DNA of 64,000 bases from Octopus vulgaris (Eukaryota). Numbering within the stretch: the stretch's first letter is position 1; each line of letters begins with the position of its first letter. A program made the translations under genes and the position numbers. Positions 1 to 14,364 of the stretch are shown piece after piece. The notes below the pieces were generated by a model. It was not told where the DNA came from and ran no database searches. It saw nothing but the letters and a program-made list of their open reading frames with translations. Location of the stretch: contig OX597832.1 of assembly GCA_951406725.2 (NCBI GenBank), positions 15,934,001 to 15,998,000 of the forward strand, written 5' to 3'.

Positions 1-455
1 CGTTGTTCCATCGATGCAATATCTTGAGGCAAGCTTTCTCCTAGCTTATCAGGAACAGCTCCAAAGTTCTCTGCAAACAAGTCCGGGTGTGAATCAAGTA
101 AATGTACATTTAGAGACATCCGACGGCCCATTGTAGCGTAGGAGTCTAGAAAATATTTCACTCCATTTCTAAACTCTAGAGATCTGTTGTTGCCTAAGAA
201 ATGTTCACAGAGCTATTTGAAGGATTCGCAGGCTTTAAGCTCAATCTCATCCAGTGCTGTGAGGAAGTGTTTGTCCTTCAGAAGTCCTTTCTTCTGTGAA
301 CATATGAATGCACCCTCCTTCAGTTTTGGCTCGGTGATTTTTGGAAATTTGGCTTTCACATATTCAAAACTTTTTTAGCTTTTCCTTGCAAGTGTCTTCA
401 CGAATTGTTTCATGAGGTCAAGCTTTATGTGAAGAGGGGGACGAAAAACATATTC
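1..455 (-). mobile_element. Decayed DNA-transposon transposase C-terminal fragment, probably CMC/Chapaev3-like; runs off the window start
   Basis: Minus-strand translation gives PPLHIKLDLMKQFVKTL ... CEHFLGNNRSLEFRNGVKYFLDSYATMGRRMSLNVHLLDSHPDLFAENFGAVPDKLGESLPQDIASMEQR. This matches the LHIKLG / FLGN / MSLKxHFLxSH / SDExGERFHQDI motif series I associate with Chapaev3-type transposases. A stop codon is present. Superfamily assignment is from recall. Confidence 0.7.
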
Positions 456-462
456 TGGATTT

Positions 463-463
463 A

Positions 464-517
<54 letters not shown>

Positions 518-536
518 CATAATAATAATAATAATG

Positions 537-582
<46 letters not shown>

Positions 583-612
583 CGATAATAATAAATATAA
601 TAACAATAATAA
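463..612. repeat. (AAT)n microsatellite
   Basis: Direct reading; explains the poly-Y and poly-I ORFs. Confidence 0.97.
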
Positions 613-1427
613 TATTTCAAAAAGGATTGAAGCAACTGTTCCAAAATGTTAAAAGTGAAAATGAAGAACGCGATTTAATCGTAATGGATATTTTATTGGT
701 TGAACGATATATCAACAGTAAGGCTGTACCAGTCGCTTGACCTTAACCAGTTGAGCATGTCCCTTATTTGAGCTTGCTCCTATGTGCATTTCTGATCACG
801 AGCAGAAATAGCTATAGAATATCATAGGAATTCTTCTTAAACAATCCTTATTCAGTGACCTTTTGAGCGGTGTGGGTTACTTAAACCTAAGAAAGTTCAA
901 CTTGGGCATCACCTGGAATGTCATATGCTGTATATCTTGATATTAGATCACAATGTCGTGCACATATGGTTGTGATGCATAGACAACCCTTATCTGACGG
1001 GTAGTCACGTTGTATATACTGGGCTTCGCATATTTTTATTCCAGTGTTACTTTGATGGAATGCACTGCTAGTGCTCGAAGAATAAGGGGCGTAGTTGACA
1101 GCTAACACCCTATTACATCTCCAGCGTTAGAAACTGTGCAAAGACAATAAAATAATAAACATGATATATTGGTAATTTTGCTATTAATCTTCTAACACAA
1201 CAACGCGGAGTGTTCAATGGTCAAACATACTTCATCATATTTATCATAGGCCACTACGAGGAATATCTGATGATTAGGTAAACAAAAAACACGCAGAATG
1301 TTCGAAGATCAAAGGAACGTTAATTAGAGCATTACTGTTGAAATCACTTTTGCTTGTACGCATATAAAAACACGATAGATTTATTAGGAAGTTTAGGATG
1401 CCTCTGTTACGTGTATGAGTGTATGCC

Positions 1428-1727
<300 letters not shown>

Positions 1728-1807
1728 ACTAAGATATTATAACGATATATTAAATACGTCATAATATAGGTGGTTAGAAGAATTAAAAAGACAAACAGGT
1801 AAAAATA

Positions 1808-2023
1808 CATAAATAATGGTGCAAAATATCACTGGCAATTGCTAGAAATAAGAGCTAAAAATATAACTCGAATAATCACAAAAAATCACTAACCTCAGGA
1901 GAAGTTCAATGGGACTGCAAGCGGAAAGCCAAAACATGAGGCTAGTGATTTTTTGTTTGTTTGATTTATACTTTAGTTGTTATTTCTAGCAATTTTGCAA
2001 GTGCTATTTTTCACCCTTATTTA

Positions 2024-2025
<2 letters not shown>
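1808..2025. mobile_element. Foldback/MITE-like element with ~90-bp imperfect inverted repeats
   Basis: 1808-1897 (cataaataatggtgcaaaatatcact...aaaaaatcactaacctca) is the imperfect reverse complement of 1937-2025 (tgaggctagtgattttttg...tcacccttatttatg); ~40-bp spacer; abuts (TA)n. Confidence 0.75.
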
Positions 2026-2093
<68 letters not shown>

Positions 2094-2095
2094 GC

Positions 2096-2158
<63 letters not shown>

Positions 2159-2172
2159 TGTATGTATATATG
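2026..2172. repeat. (TA)n microsatellite
   Basis: Direct reading. Confidence 0.97.
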
Positions 2173-3745
2173 ATTGTACTTTGTATATCATTATTGAAAT
2201 ACGATGGCCTTATCATTTATAGATTTATAGCAAAATAGTATCAAGTAGTTTCATTTCGCCTTGTTATGGATGCTAACAGTTTATTCGGTACCTCGTTACC
2301 AATATTCAGAGCCCCTTATTCCTATTCTTTATGTCCTTAATTAAAAATCCTGCTGATATAAACTTCGCACTTCATCTGTTTGAGCGCATTAACATTGTGT
2401 ACCAGTGAAGCATTAGCGACGGAGAAATCAATTTACCACTCCGCCACAGAGTGACAGATCTCTAACCCTCCAGTGAATAGACGTTTCCTTCAGAGGAATG
2501 ATTAGATTTCGGTCTCTTATGCTTTATAGAACCCAGGTACCCGGATTTAGAACTCTTACGGCTCAAGGAATATAGTAAAAATACGTGAGCCGTTTTGGAA
2601 TGAATTTTATCTGAAATCAAGTAAATAGAAAAAACGAAACAACGATGTATTTGGAATCATTCAAGTTTATCTTTATATTTTCAGTGTAGTTTAAGAAAGG
2701 CAATTATTGATAGGTTATTACCGACTAAACTTTACTCGATACGCTCTCATTTGGCACTATTACCAATTCTATTAAATACCAGTTCTGCAACATAAGAGGA
2801 ATTTGCTACGTACCCACTTTTAGCATTACAATTTTATTCTATTCTTTTGAGGTATGAGCGCTTCTGGTTTTCAATTTCAGAAGATCGTTTGCGTATTTTA
2901 CTCATGTAATTTACTAAACATGTTTTTCATGTAATAGAGAGCGTAATCTTCTGAATGGGAATTTGATTTTCAATTTACGTTACTTTGCAATAACGTACAC
3001 ATATAATATTAAGCAGGTGCAGAGGAATGTTCAATAAATACAATTTAGACGTTCCAAGCAACGATAATTATTGCTTGTAAAGTAACAGATATAGTTAAAT
3101 CTATAAGAAACATATCAGGAAAATAATGGCAAACAAATGTATACACATCATATTTATAATACGTTTATTTTCGAGACTTCTGAAAATTATATAAATTTGT
3201 TGGAAATTATTAGAATTACACACAATAAATCACAGCTTATATAACCCCACAATTGTTCAATTCAGGAAAAACCTCACATTTTGCAGAATAAAAATTAATA
3301 TGTTCTAACTCGTGTGTACATATTATGTCGTGAGAATAGCGTCTAACGGAAAACCTTGCAACTGAATTTCCCGTTATTTGATATAATTAGAAGATTTCTT
3401 CGACAATAGATTTACTAAATCACCACCATGAAATGGACGTCGAAACATAGTGAATTTCCATACCTTTGGTAGAAATTAAATTTTGTCATAGTTTTATACT
3501 TTCTAATACGGAGATATGAAATCTGACTTTACCCATTACGGTTAATGTCATATTTCTACAAATTGACCAGGGTTAATCACACATTAAAAGATATTAATGT
3601 GTGTCTGTGTGTGTGAAGTTGTTTCCTTTTTAATATTGTATATGAAATTGTTTTGCACTATTGGACCCTCATATAAGGCACTAGAACTACATAATAAAAC
3701 ATGCTTTAAACTATCACCACGATATGTTTCTAATGCAATTTATCG

Positions 3746-3810
<65 letters not shown>

Positions 3811-4314
3811 CAACATGCAAATACGTCCACTGCAATGACAATTTCATAGTTGCTGAGAAAGCTGAATCAGATAGAAAATGAATCAAAAAATCAAATTATA
3901 TTACTTCTGGAGTTCATTGGCTACATTCCGTTGCCTACATTTCGTTCTTTTATTCTTTCCCCTATTTTATTCTTATTAACGTATCAAATACTTTTCACGA
4001 AGTTGCACATTGCATTCGTAATTTTCCTTTTTGAAATATGTTTTATCTAAATGTGTCTACGTTCCACACTTATGTTAATTGTAATTGAACACTCATTTTC
4101 TATTATTGCGATGAAAGCTGTGAGTCTAATCATAATTCAGTAAATATTTGAACTACCGTTTAGTTACAGCCTTTTATGATAATAACTGAATATCTTCCCT
4201 ATACCGTCTTAAAAGTAATTAGGATGAATGTCCGCTTCTGACCATATGCTTTTTGCGTGGGTTTGAATTTCAAATAGTATTAACATATTAATGCCTGTAA
4301 GTTTTGTCATAATG

Positions 4315-4500
4315 ACAGGAGATTCAGGGGAAGTATTAAGTCGGTTATATTGATCGCAGTGTTCGATTGGTACTTAATTTATAGACCCTAAAGTATAAAA
4401 AGCAAAACCAACCTCGATGTCATTTGAACACATAACGTGAAGGCAGATTAAATGTTTTAAGCATTTGGTCGCCCGACGTTCTAGGGACTCTGCCATCTCG
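4315..4500 (-). mobile_element. Degenerate SINE-like repeat, family B
   Basis: Reverse complement resembles 4895-5078 and 15905-16112 (gttcaaat B-box-like motif, then g(g)tcgataaa..aagtacca core). Confidence 0.5.
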
Positions 4501-4894
4501 GTACCGTGCAAATTAATTTTAAAACATATGAACAACCCGAAATGATCAGAAGCTAGATCGCAGTTCAAGATTTTTTAAATCTTTCGAGAGGAGCCTAGGT
4601 ACCTAAAAAGTCCTCAAATGCAACGGAGCATTTATGAAATCAAATCAACTAGTTTTTGCTCGTCAAAATACATTTTAGTAAAGCGGTTCCAAATCTTGAA
4701 TATCATAATTGCCATTGAGATATCACATACATTAACTGACAAAATAAAAACAAGAGTTGAAGCACATTTTTAATGAAATTATACATGCTTCCCTTCCCAT
4801 CTGTACTATCTGAAGATCTCTCCTAAAATTCCGATGGACAATATATAGTTAATGAACAGTAAAACTGCAGGTATTATATTTTTCTAAGCTAAGA

Positions 4895-5078
4895 CAAAAT
4901 CTTTAGCAGGACATTCCTTACGTCTTTGCCTTTTGAGTTCGAATTTCGCAGACAGTGATGTTGACTTTCGTCCCTGTGGGGTCAATAAAATACCTAGTAA
5001 TTGAGTATAGGGGTTGATGTAAACGACTTATCTACTCACTCGAATTATTGTCCTGGTGCCAGAATTTGGAACCATTAT
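4895..5078 (+). mobile_element. Degenerate SINE-like repeat, family B
   Basis: gagttcgaattt B-box-like motif, then ggggtcaataaaatac...ggggttgatgtaaacgactt; similar to 15905-16112. Confidence 0.55.
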
Positions 5079-7003
5079 ATTTTAATAAGTTACCTATGAA
5101 CTGCTGAATGTGATATTTCATCAGTTTCCACAGTTCATATGATCTCGCACTCTCATTCCTCTTTTCAGCAGCAGTAACTGATACTAAATTATGCGCCTAA
5201 ACCTTTATAAGTTTTTATCGACGACTCTCCTCTTGTTTTTTAACTTCGTTTGTAGAGTATGTGAATATTCTTAACACAGTCTGGTATTAATCTTATGTGC
5301 TTTACGAACTTGCACAACAATTTTCCTTTGAGGATATGTCGTTAACATGTAGATATATTTTGATGTCTGTAAATATTTAGATTTAGATAGGATGAAGAGG
5401 TAAGTAGATTCCATGACCATTCCTATGTTTCCAAGTTTACTTTAATCTGCAATGAAATATGTCCGTATAGATAGTCTATTCAATGTAACAAATGCTAAGA
5501 ATTTTAACACTTAGTGACATTGTTTGAATGAGGATTACCTGACTACATTAATTCTACACCGGCTATTGCTGTTCAAAATAATGTAAACTGACACTTCTGT
5601 ACATTAAAATTTCGTCGTGAAATGCTGCATTATTTACTACAAAAACACTAAAAATGTGCCCGATGTCTTATCATATGAAGTACTGTAATTGTACACGATG
5701 TGATTACAAGAATTCGTTTTTTGGTGCGTAGCAACAACAAAAGAAACATCCGCTATTATACGATGTAATATTGAATCAATGGTAGTTTATGAAATGAATT
5801 CAGTATTTCTGAGAAACAGTTTATTTATAAGCTATACTCTATCTAAAAAAGATGAACGTACACACTTCCGAACAAACATACATACACACTCACACATACA
5901 GAGAAAAGCATGAAGGGTTTTAAAGAAACATAATTCATCATTGACGACAATGAAATCTGTAATACATCATCAACTGCAACCACTGAATTTCAACAAAAGT
6001 GGGTAGGGAACAGGTTCATGTGGAAAACGGATCACCATACGTGAACCTTCAGTGCAAGTGGACTATAATGCAATACGAAGGACAATAAGTGCATTTAAGT
6101 ATTAGAAGCTATTGAAAAATATTCATCTTTCAAGTTGACATGCATTTTGACGGGAAGAAATCCGATATATTCCTGTGGTTAGTTTGGTGCATTCACATTC
6201 AAGATACGTACATTTTTATTTGATCGAGTGACAAGTTACATCATTATCATCCGTACATGAAACATCCGTTCATGTGATGTTGTCATGTCGCTTTTCCATC
6301 ACCACAAATTTTCCTCTGGAAAGAAATTTACAGCGAATTTCATTGGAAGAAAATGTTGCCGCCTTTCATAATTTTCTAGGCAAACTGTGAATCTCACACA
6401 ATATATCAAAATGTAAAAACGAAAACTTCGGGCGTTGGACAATGAAGAAGAATCACAAATAAAGATGTATTCACCATGACAATACGTGAACAGAATAACG
6501 TTTTGCAACACATCATGCAACGTTACCTGTGGCAAGTGCACCGATACATGTTCAATGCATGTTCTGTTTTTAATGTAGAGAAACTATGTCTTCGTGCACA
6601 TGGATATGTTGAAAGGAGGTGAAGGTGACTGGAAATTACTTTTACATGGATACATATCTAATAATTCCTCAATGGGAATGTAAATCTATATCAAAATGGC
6701 AGAAATTCATTTTTCAGACAAGAAATATGACGAGTAAAACTGTTCTATAGGAAAGGTTTTGTTGTACAACGATTTACATTTTGGAAATCTTTTTATGAGG
6801 CGCTAAACATGTTCTGCCATCTTTCGCTACTAAAATCTGAGCAACAAGAAAATTTGCGGTATTATGTTACCGCGTTTATGTTACATATAAACTACACACA
6901 CTTCTTATAAAACAGTGTGCTGGGCATGTTGTACCCTTGAAATATACTACACGCGGTTGCAAAAAGAAACCTGTACACGAACATACACACAGACATTTCA
7001 CAT

Positions 7004-7045
<42 letters not shown>

Positions 7046-7467
7046 TATATAGGTGCAGATATATTTCATGCCTTCTAATTTTGATAATTTATTTGGTTTC
7101 GTGGGGTAAGTTCCTCTATAGTGAATTTCTGGGGACATTAAATTGTGTAGTTTATTAAGGATGATACGTAATTCCTCTCAAGAATTGCATCACAGTTCTT
7201 GCAGGTACAAAAGGGTATGATTAGTTTATAAGCGACTTACTTTCTAATGTGTCTCGGATGGCATGAATTGAATGGAACATATTGTTTGGAGATCGTATGT
7301 GTTTCTAAAAACGTCATATCCTCTTGATTATTGAGTTTCCTTCTAAGGATGCGTATGACAATATTTCATGTTGAATTCGATCTTTTAATGAATTCCTTTG
7401 AGGAATTTTTTAAATTCTTTTAGTTTCTCTCAGTTTCAAATATTTTCGAGGTAATTTTCCACTCGTT

Positions 7468-7468
<1 letters not shown>

Positions 7469-7499
<31 letters not shown>

Positions 7500-7593
7500 T
7501 GTATGTATGTATGTATGTATGTATGTATGTATGTATGTATGTATGTATGTATGCATGTATGGATGGATGGATGGATGGATGGATTGATGGATG

Positions 7594-7618
<25 letters not shown>
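7469..7618. repeat. (ATGT)n/(ATGG)n/(TA)n compound microsatellite
   Basis: Direct reading. Confidence 0.95.
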
Positions 7619-7624
<6 letters not shown>

Positions 7625-7632
7625 GTAAGGAG

Positions 7633-7688
7633 AGAAAAGGACATAAAGATGAATTACTCAAGAAAAGGACATAAAGATGAATTACTCA
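7633..7688 (+). repeat. Perfect 28-bp tandem duplication
   Basis: agaaaaggacataaagatgaattactca x2. Confidence 0.9.
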
Positions 7689-7689
7689 A

Positions 7690-8512
7690 GAAAGACGTAG
7701 ACAATCAATTCCATGTAGCCACAACAGAAGTTGCTGAAAATCATAGGTGGGATTCGCTGAAGAAAGGGACACTAAAACAAAGAGACCGAGAGAGCATTAT
7801 ACTAGCAGTTGAAACCACGCTTTGACCACGAACTGGTAGGGGGAGGCAAATTTAGGAATGAGGATGGGCCTTCTTTCTGAGGCATTTGTAATATAATGAA
7901 TTAAACCATTGCGTATATCAGGAACAATCAGCCCTATATTTGCCGAAAACAACTACTAAAAGTTTTGGCGAAAATATCAGGTAGCGAAAATGTTACATTG
8001 GAGACTCCGAAAAGTGGAGGCTAGACGAAGGCAAGACGTGATATGAGCACAAATCACAGATATTGGATTAGTCGGGAACTAGCAAATTCATCCAGGATAT
8101 CCCAATCCCTACAGATCAGGTGCTAGAGTATTACAGACTAGAACCACATGGAATATAGTTGCATGACAATTTGGCCCACAATTAGGAAAGAAAGAAGGCG
8201 AAAATAGATAAATGCAACCCTCTGCAGTATGAAATAGCCCGGCTATGGAAAATGAAAATGTTGAAAATAGTACCAATTATTGTTTGGTGCTTCGGGACAG
8301 TATCAGAAGGCATGAAGAAGAATATAAAGGAAATTGGAACAAAGTGCGCAGTAGAACTGTTACAGAAGTTTTGCCACCTTGACACGGCCGGAATAATCAG
8401 GGAAGTATTATATGAAAAGAAAGGATAGCTTGGTACCGTGTAATGCATACAAGATTTCAGGTGTTCTAAGAAAACCTTTGATAAAAAATAAAATAATAAT
8501 AATAATAATAAT
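7690..8512 (+). mobile_element. 5'-truncated, decayed non-LTR retrotransposon with restriction-like endonuclease (R4/Dong-like), ending in an (AAT)n tail
   Basis: HRWDSLKKGTLKQ..ESIILA (post-RT region) and KIDKCNPLQYEIARLWKMKMLKIVPIIVWCFGTVSEGMKKNIKEIG...VELLQKFCHLDTAGIIREVL* (RLE C-terminus); many frameshifts; (AAT)n at ~8492-8512. Confidence 0.8.
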
Positions 8513-8689
8513 GAAAATTATTTCTAAGTGGTATACCTTTAATGAGTTTTAATACAAGGCGGTACAGAGGTGACAGACATTTTCGGAAAATTTGCAAAAT
8601 TATTAGTTTTAGCTGCACAGAAATGTTATTGTTATTAATGTATTTGTATTAAACTAGCATTTATCAAAATCAAGTGTGGAAAACCACAT

Positions 8690-9072
8690 GCAGCATGCGG
8701 TGTTCCTTTTCATTGCTGGATTTCTGGGAGCTTGTCTGACGCGTTCCACATTTCCTCCGGTCTCCACCGGTCTCATTAGTGTATATCGTGCATGTAAGAT
8801 TGTGATGCGGCTGAGAACAGACTGATTTTGGTGAATGTTGAAGCGGCGCCGAAACTCAAGCTGAACTGCAGTAACACACTCGCCATTTTTTTCAGGTAAC
8901 TGCCGTAGGCAAACATGTGATGCTCTATCGTCCACAGCGCCATGGTTTCTCTTGCAAAGAAGTAAAAATGCTAAGACACGACGGACCGAATGGTAACTTT
9001 CGAACATATGTCTCTCCTCTGGGGCTTAGTAATAACCATTTCAAAATCGTCCGCCTTCTCTGCCCCACCCTG
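8690..9072 (-). mobile_element. Tc1/mariner 5' end with transposase N-terminal HTH (DUF4817-like) remnant
   Basis: Minus strand starts TA|CAGGGTGGGGCA (TIR-like, TA target); translation GECVTAVQLEFRRRFNIHQNQSVLSRITIL...NVERVRQA. Confidence 0.7.
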
Positions 9073-12000
9073 TATATACATCCCCAAATAGACTTACACA
9101 TGGTTTTACTGCATCGATTAGTAACTATTGTAATTTCAAACCCGGGTCTTCAGTTGAATATCCTTCGATTTAACTGTTTAAAGTTCTTCATTTATCTACC
9201 CTGCGTTTTATGATGTGGAATTCTTCGTTAAGTTAGAAAGGAATTATCTGCAATTCAGGTTTTGATTAGACAATCCTTTATAGCCAGATATTACAAAACA
9301 TTCTGTAGTTTAAATATTTATTACTCATTTATATTGAGCAATGGTAAATTCCCTCATACGTATCTTTATCTACTTTTAGATCAATTTATATTCCTTCTGT
9401 AGCTTAGATAACATTACTCACAATTTTTTATCCATAGAATTTTTTTATCGGTTTCATAACATATATTTACCCGATGGATGACAGAACACGGTTCTCTATA
9501 TATATAATATATCTTGAACGCCGAAGTGAATCTGTTGTTATATACGTGTGTAGGGATTCCCTGCGTATTTGGGAGGATCTCCTTTGAGTAATATTCCATA
9601 TAATAGCAAATACTGTCAAATATAATCTATAAAACACTCGGGCTAGATATTAGCTGCTTGCAGGTAATTCGTATCAACACGCCGGATTGGAAGCAGCAAA
9701 AGTAAAAAAGGTGTAATCTTTCGAGAAGTATTGTATTAAGAACATAATCATAGAGGGAACAAATATTTTTGCTAAATGAACTATATGGCATGAGTGAATA
9801 CTTCGTTCATATACATATGCTTAACCTGTTAAGGAACGTGATTGTATAAATTAATTGACAGCAATTTCATTTCGGAACGCTTCTTGAGAAAACACGATCA
9901 TGCAATTACTTAATTCATGGAGACATTTGTTTAGCTGTCTCATGTGTAAAGATATCCATCATTTCAATATCATCTGCATACAACGTCTCTTTCACTTTAG
10001 GACTCCTTCATTTTATATATTATAATCATTGATATTTTATATTAAGTTCAAATGAAGATGTTATCTTCTTCATTCCAGTGTGGTTGCAAAACGCAATATG
10101 GCTAAATTACTGTATTTCTATATCCGTATTTACCTTTTACCAAATATATATCATGTTTAAGCTTTCACGTTTTGTTAGACATTTCATTGATGGCAATTAT
10201 GTCATGCGATATCATGTAGTATTGCGTCGGCGCTCTCTGAATTATCGGGAGAGTATGGAACGGTTATATTCCTGCGCAACTCATTTGATACGGTTGGCAA
10301 CTGAGTATGATGTTTTATCGTATTAATGTATGCAGCTGTACCTGTCATTGGTGCTTTATCATTTATCATAATAATACTATATCGTGAATCTTCAATAGTT
10401 TAGCATACGACTTCTGATGATATGAGAATTGATAGTTGATGAAACAGATGATGCAAAATTGGTTACAATGTGCTTTGTATTGTACGTGTCAAAGGGCATT
10501 GTAAAGGTTTAAATATTATTTTAAATCGTCTTTTCTTTTACTAAATGACACCCTAAATTCACTGCTATCATATCTATTGCCTCTTTGAAAACCCGGCGGA
10601 TGTTGACAATATTCAGATTACTTTACATATAAAGAGTGTAGGTGTTAGTATTAGATGATTGGATTAGTGGTCATACATTATAGTTTTCAGTTAGGTTTGA
10701 GGTACGGTCTCAAATATTTAATTTGTGAGATATATGAGCATAGTATTTAATTGAATGTTTAGCGCTTGTTTTTCTCGCACAGAGCATGAAATATTAAGAC
10801 ACGGAAAACCAATGCCTTTATATTATTGAAGAACGGATATAAAGTGATTTTCATGTTCAGGATATCTAATAATTAAATGCGAAGAGATCTCTTTTGTTTC
10901 TGCAATGAAGTATTTGTACAAATGTACAGATACTTCATTGCAGGATCCGGGCGGTTTTCCATTGTAAAACAGAATAAAAACAATTTTCTGTTTTCAGGAT
11001 TTTATATATCATTTTATAATAGTGATAACTGGTTGCAACGGCAGGACCTTATGGAATTGAACGCAATGAAAATATGATACCGATAAATGGATTGGTGGAA
11101 CAATATAAAACAAAATGAATGCCGTAGTCTTATATCTAGAACAAGTACGGCAAACCATCACCTCCAAATGAATAGTAATTCCACTAAACTAAACGTTTTG
11201 ACTGTCACCATGATTTAGTAAGCACGAATATAAGTAAGGCAACGTCTGCAAAGACGGAATGTGAACTCAGTGAAGAGAAAGTTGAGCTATAACATTGCGG
11301 CATAACGGAACTGGCAAACTGGGTCTATGTGCACGTAATTTTCTGATCGCTCTCAAGTAAATGGCTGAGTGACAAACACATAGAATTCCGGTTGTGTCTG
11401 AAATTCTTCAAAACATATTCAAAATACATCTACTATTTAAAATAACAATGTAGTGATGTTGATATGAAATCGAATTTTTGCACGGACCGTATGTAATGGG
11501 TAGAGTGAAGAAAAAAAAATTATCAGTATATGAATAACTAAATGTTGTAATCGGAAAACAAATTGCATTAATAACCTAAACACACGGAACTAGTTTGCAT
11601 AAGCTGACGCTATATATAAACGTGATTTCGTGAATATTTTGTCATGCCACGTTTTGAAAAGATTTAAACAAACATGTTAAATAAAAAATGCACTCTCTTT
11701 CATATGTACCGCCCGATATTTTTCAAGTCCGGTACATTGAGTCTAAGGAGACTAAATTTAAGACATGGCACTTTCTTATTCCTAACTTCGTATAATAACT
11801 GTTAATATACAGTTCAAATATTTTACAACGTACAGGCTTCTCGGTTTGTTATATGGCTTGTTTTTCTCAGGATCAACTAATATATTCATGAAATATCAAC
11901 GGCGTTTGAGAGCATAAAATTTAAACGTGATGTTGTGAAAAATTCGCTGATATCGATGACTTGAAGACACTTGAAAATTGGAAACTTCTCATCGTTTCAA

Positions 12001-13429
12001 TGATGATATCAAATTGCCGACATCAAGACAGCTACTGAGTGCTCTGTGAGAGGTTGTAAGACGTGTCACGCACCAATTTCCTTCAAACTTTATGTGTATC
12101 ACCAGTGAGTTTCACAGCATGCCACACTACATCTGAGAAGAGATCCTTAGGTTGATCTTAGGTGTTTATATGATATTATGATCAATTCCTGACTGCAAGG
12201 GATGCCTGCAAGAAGGCTATATTTACGGTAGTAAGATCCAGAACATCGTCATATCTCCGGAAATACTGATAAATTGTAGTCGGACGCTGTCTACAATGTG
12301 CCTAACACCAATACTCAGATATCTAATGATGCCTGTTCTAAATTCATGTATTACTATGTCTGCGGTGCTAATTAGAGACATCGATCGCTCTGCTTTCAAC
12401 AGATGTAACGTCCGTTACCATCGACATCACGACTATTATTATTTGAAACATGGTAGTTTGAAATAAATTTCTATTACATCAGGTGCTGCGCGTTTGTGCT
12501 TCTGGGATGCGTGCTTTTTCTTTTTCTCTACTTCTAACATTATTATAATTATATATGTGTGCTTGCGTGTATTATGCGCCGATGTATTAGAAAATATGAT
12601 TTTTTTTTATATATTGACGTATTTGTATATATATCGGAATAGTAATGAAAGCGATAGAAATCTAACTTCCCAAAAATGCGATAATACATTTAATGCGAAA
12701 TTTAATAAATTGAATATATCGTGAAGTACCAATATTCTAACTGAAAACTACGGCGGTGTGCTAAAATAAAGAAAGCAACATGGTATCTAATACCAATTGC
12801 TTGCATTTTTAAACTTATTTTCTACTTATCCTTTTATATTTTATTGTTTTCAACATATCACGGTGTCTAGATATTTCTGTTTATTTTTTATTGAAACCCA
12901 ACAATTGCTATGAAGAGAAACAATTATTGGTTCATTGATCCCGATTTCGAACAGTACTGATTCTATCAATTATCAATATATCAGTAGTGATTTGATGGAG
13001 GTATAATTGGTTACATATCAATGAGCTCTTGTAATTTCTATGACCGACAAGCGCAATCAACTCTATATCGCGCTGCTGTGAAAGTATATTATCATTCCAA
13101 ATGCATGAATGTCATTTCAATACTATAAATGCCTATGTAATTTTTTTGATGAACGATAGAGCAGCAGTGCCCATTACACAAGGCATGTATTAGACATTGA
13201 TGGTGTATATATGTATAAGAGCCAGTTGAAATATGATACATAATACAATGTGCTTAACTTTATGAGCTGCAAAATTGGAGATACTTACGTTACGAAGAGA
13301 ATAGGTAAAGGTGTAGATTATTATAATCATTTTGTCCTTATTTTACGGAAACGTATTGGGTGCGTTGCTGGGAATGATGGAAATCACCACTTGTATGTAC
13401 CCAGTAGATTACGGTGACAATTGTTTACT

Positions 13430-13690
13430 CGACATACTTGAAGAACACTGTGAAGAAATATTGCTGTTCCAATCAATATTGATTTACCAGGTGTTCTTGC
13501 TTCCAAATTGCAACAAACCTTTCGGTAGTCGACTGCTCATACTTCCAAGTGCACCAATTACTATTGGTGTCACGTCTACTCATTCACCACATCCTTCGTA
13601 TTTCCCACTTCAAATCGTCATAGTTGATTATTTTTTCTTCTTCTTTCACATTGTACCTTTTATCACCGAGATATGCTACATCGATTATCA
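13430..13690 (-). mobile_element. Second R4/Dong-like RLE endonuclease fragment
   Basis: Minus translation IIDVAYLGDKRYNVKEEEKIINYDDLKWEIRRMW* ... VTPIVIGALGS. Confidence 0.78.
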
Positions 13691-13898
13691 TATGTATCAA
13701 ACACATATCGATGTGTTTTCATGAATATTATATATATACATACATACATGCTTATTGTTTATATTTTCCTGGTAGGTGAGGCAAGTGATGCAGTATATGA
13801 AATTCTGCATATTTACATATCTGCATAAATTTTGAACGGGAGTTTGCGCTTGAATTTGAATTGGAAACCACTTTCTAAGTGTTTAAAGAAGAAGACGA

Positions 13899-13901
<3 letters not shown>

Positions 13902-13963
<62 letters not shown>

Positions 13964-13977
13964 CAGCAGCAGCAGTC

Positions 13978-14020
<43 letters not shown>

Positions 14021-14060
14021 CAGTAGTAGTAGTAGTATTAGTAGTAGTAGTAGTATTAGC

Positions 14061-14092
<32 letters not shown>

Positions 14093-14139
14093 CAGCAGTA
14101 GTAGTAGTAGTTGTTGTTGTTGTTGTTGTAGTTGTTATT
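13902..14139. repeat. (GTA)n/(GCA)n/(GTT)n microsatellite
   Basis: Direct reading; source of the poly-V and poly-T ORFs. Confidence 0.97.
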
Positions 14140-14305
14140 GATGCATATTCGATATCTGCTATCTCCACATTCTTTTATGGAGAATTCTGTTTTCATTTCT
14201 GATGTGATTTTGCTCTTGTGGGGTGTGCTTTAAGATTTTTGAGTAGTCGTCAACTATTTGTATCTCGTATTTTATGATTTCATTATGTGGTTCGTACCAC
14301 TGCCA

Positions 14306-14364
<59 letters not shown>

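Noticed and set aside
738-1080. Sequence resembling an octopus interspersed repeat I recall
   Set aside because: No second copy or structural hallmark in the window to support it
5950-6570. Possible decayed piggyBac-like fragment (VDYN..., terminal CxxxCxxC)
   Set aside because: Too degenerate; no continuous motif series
9105-9158. Minus-strand CTGAAGA...GAAA motif
   Set aside because: No helix I complementarity; likely chance in AT-rich DNA
10408-10455. CTGATGA...GAAACAGATG motif
   Set aside because: Helices II and III and the cleavage triplet are not supportable
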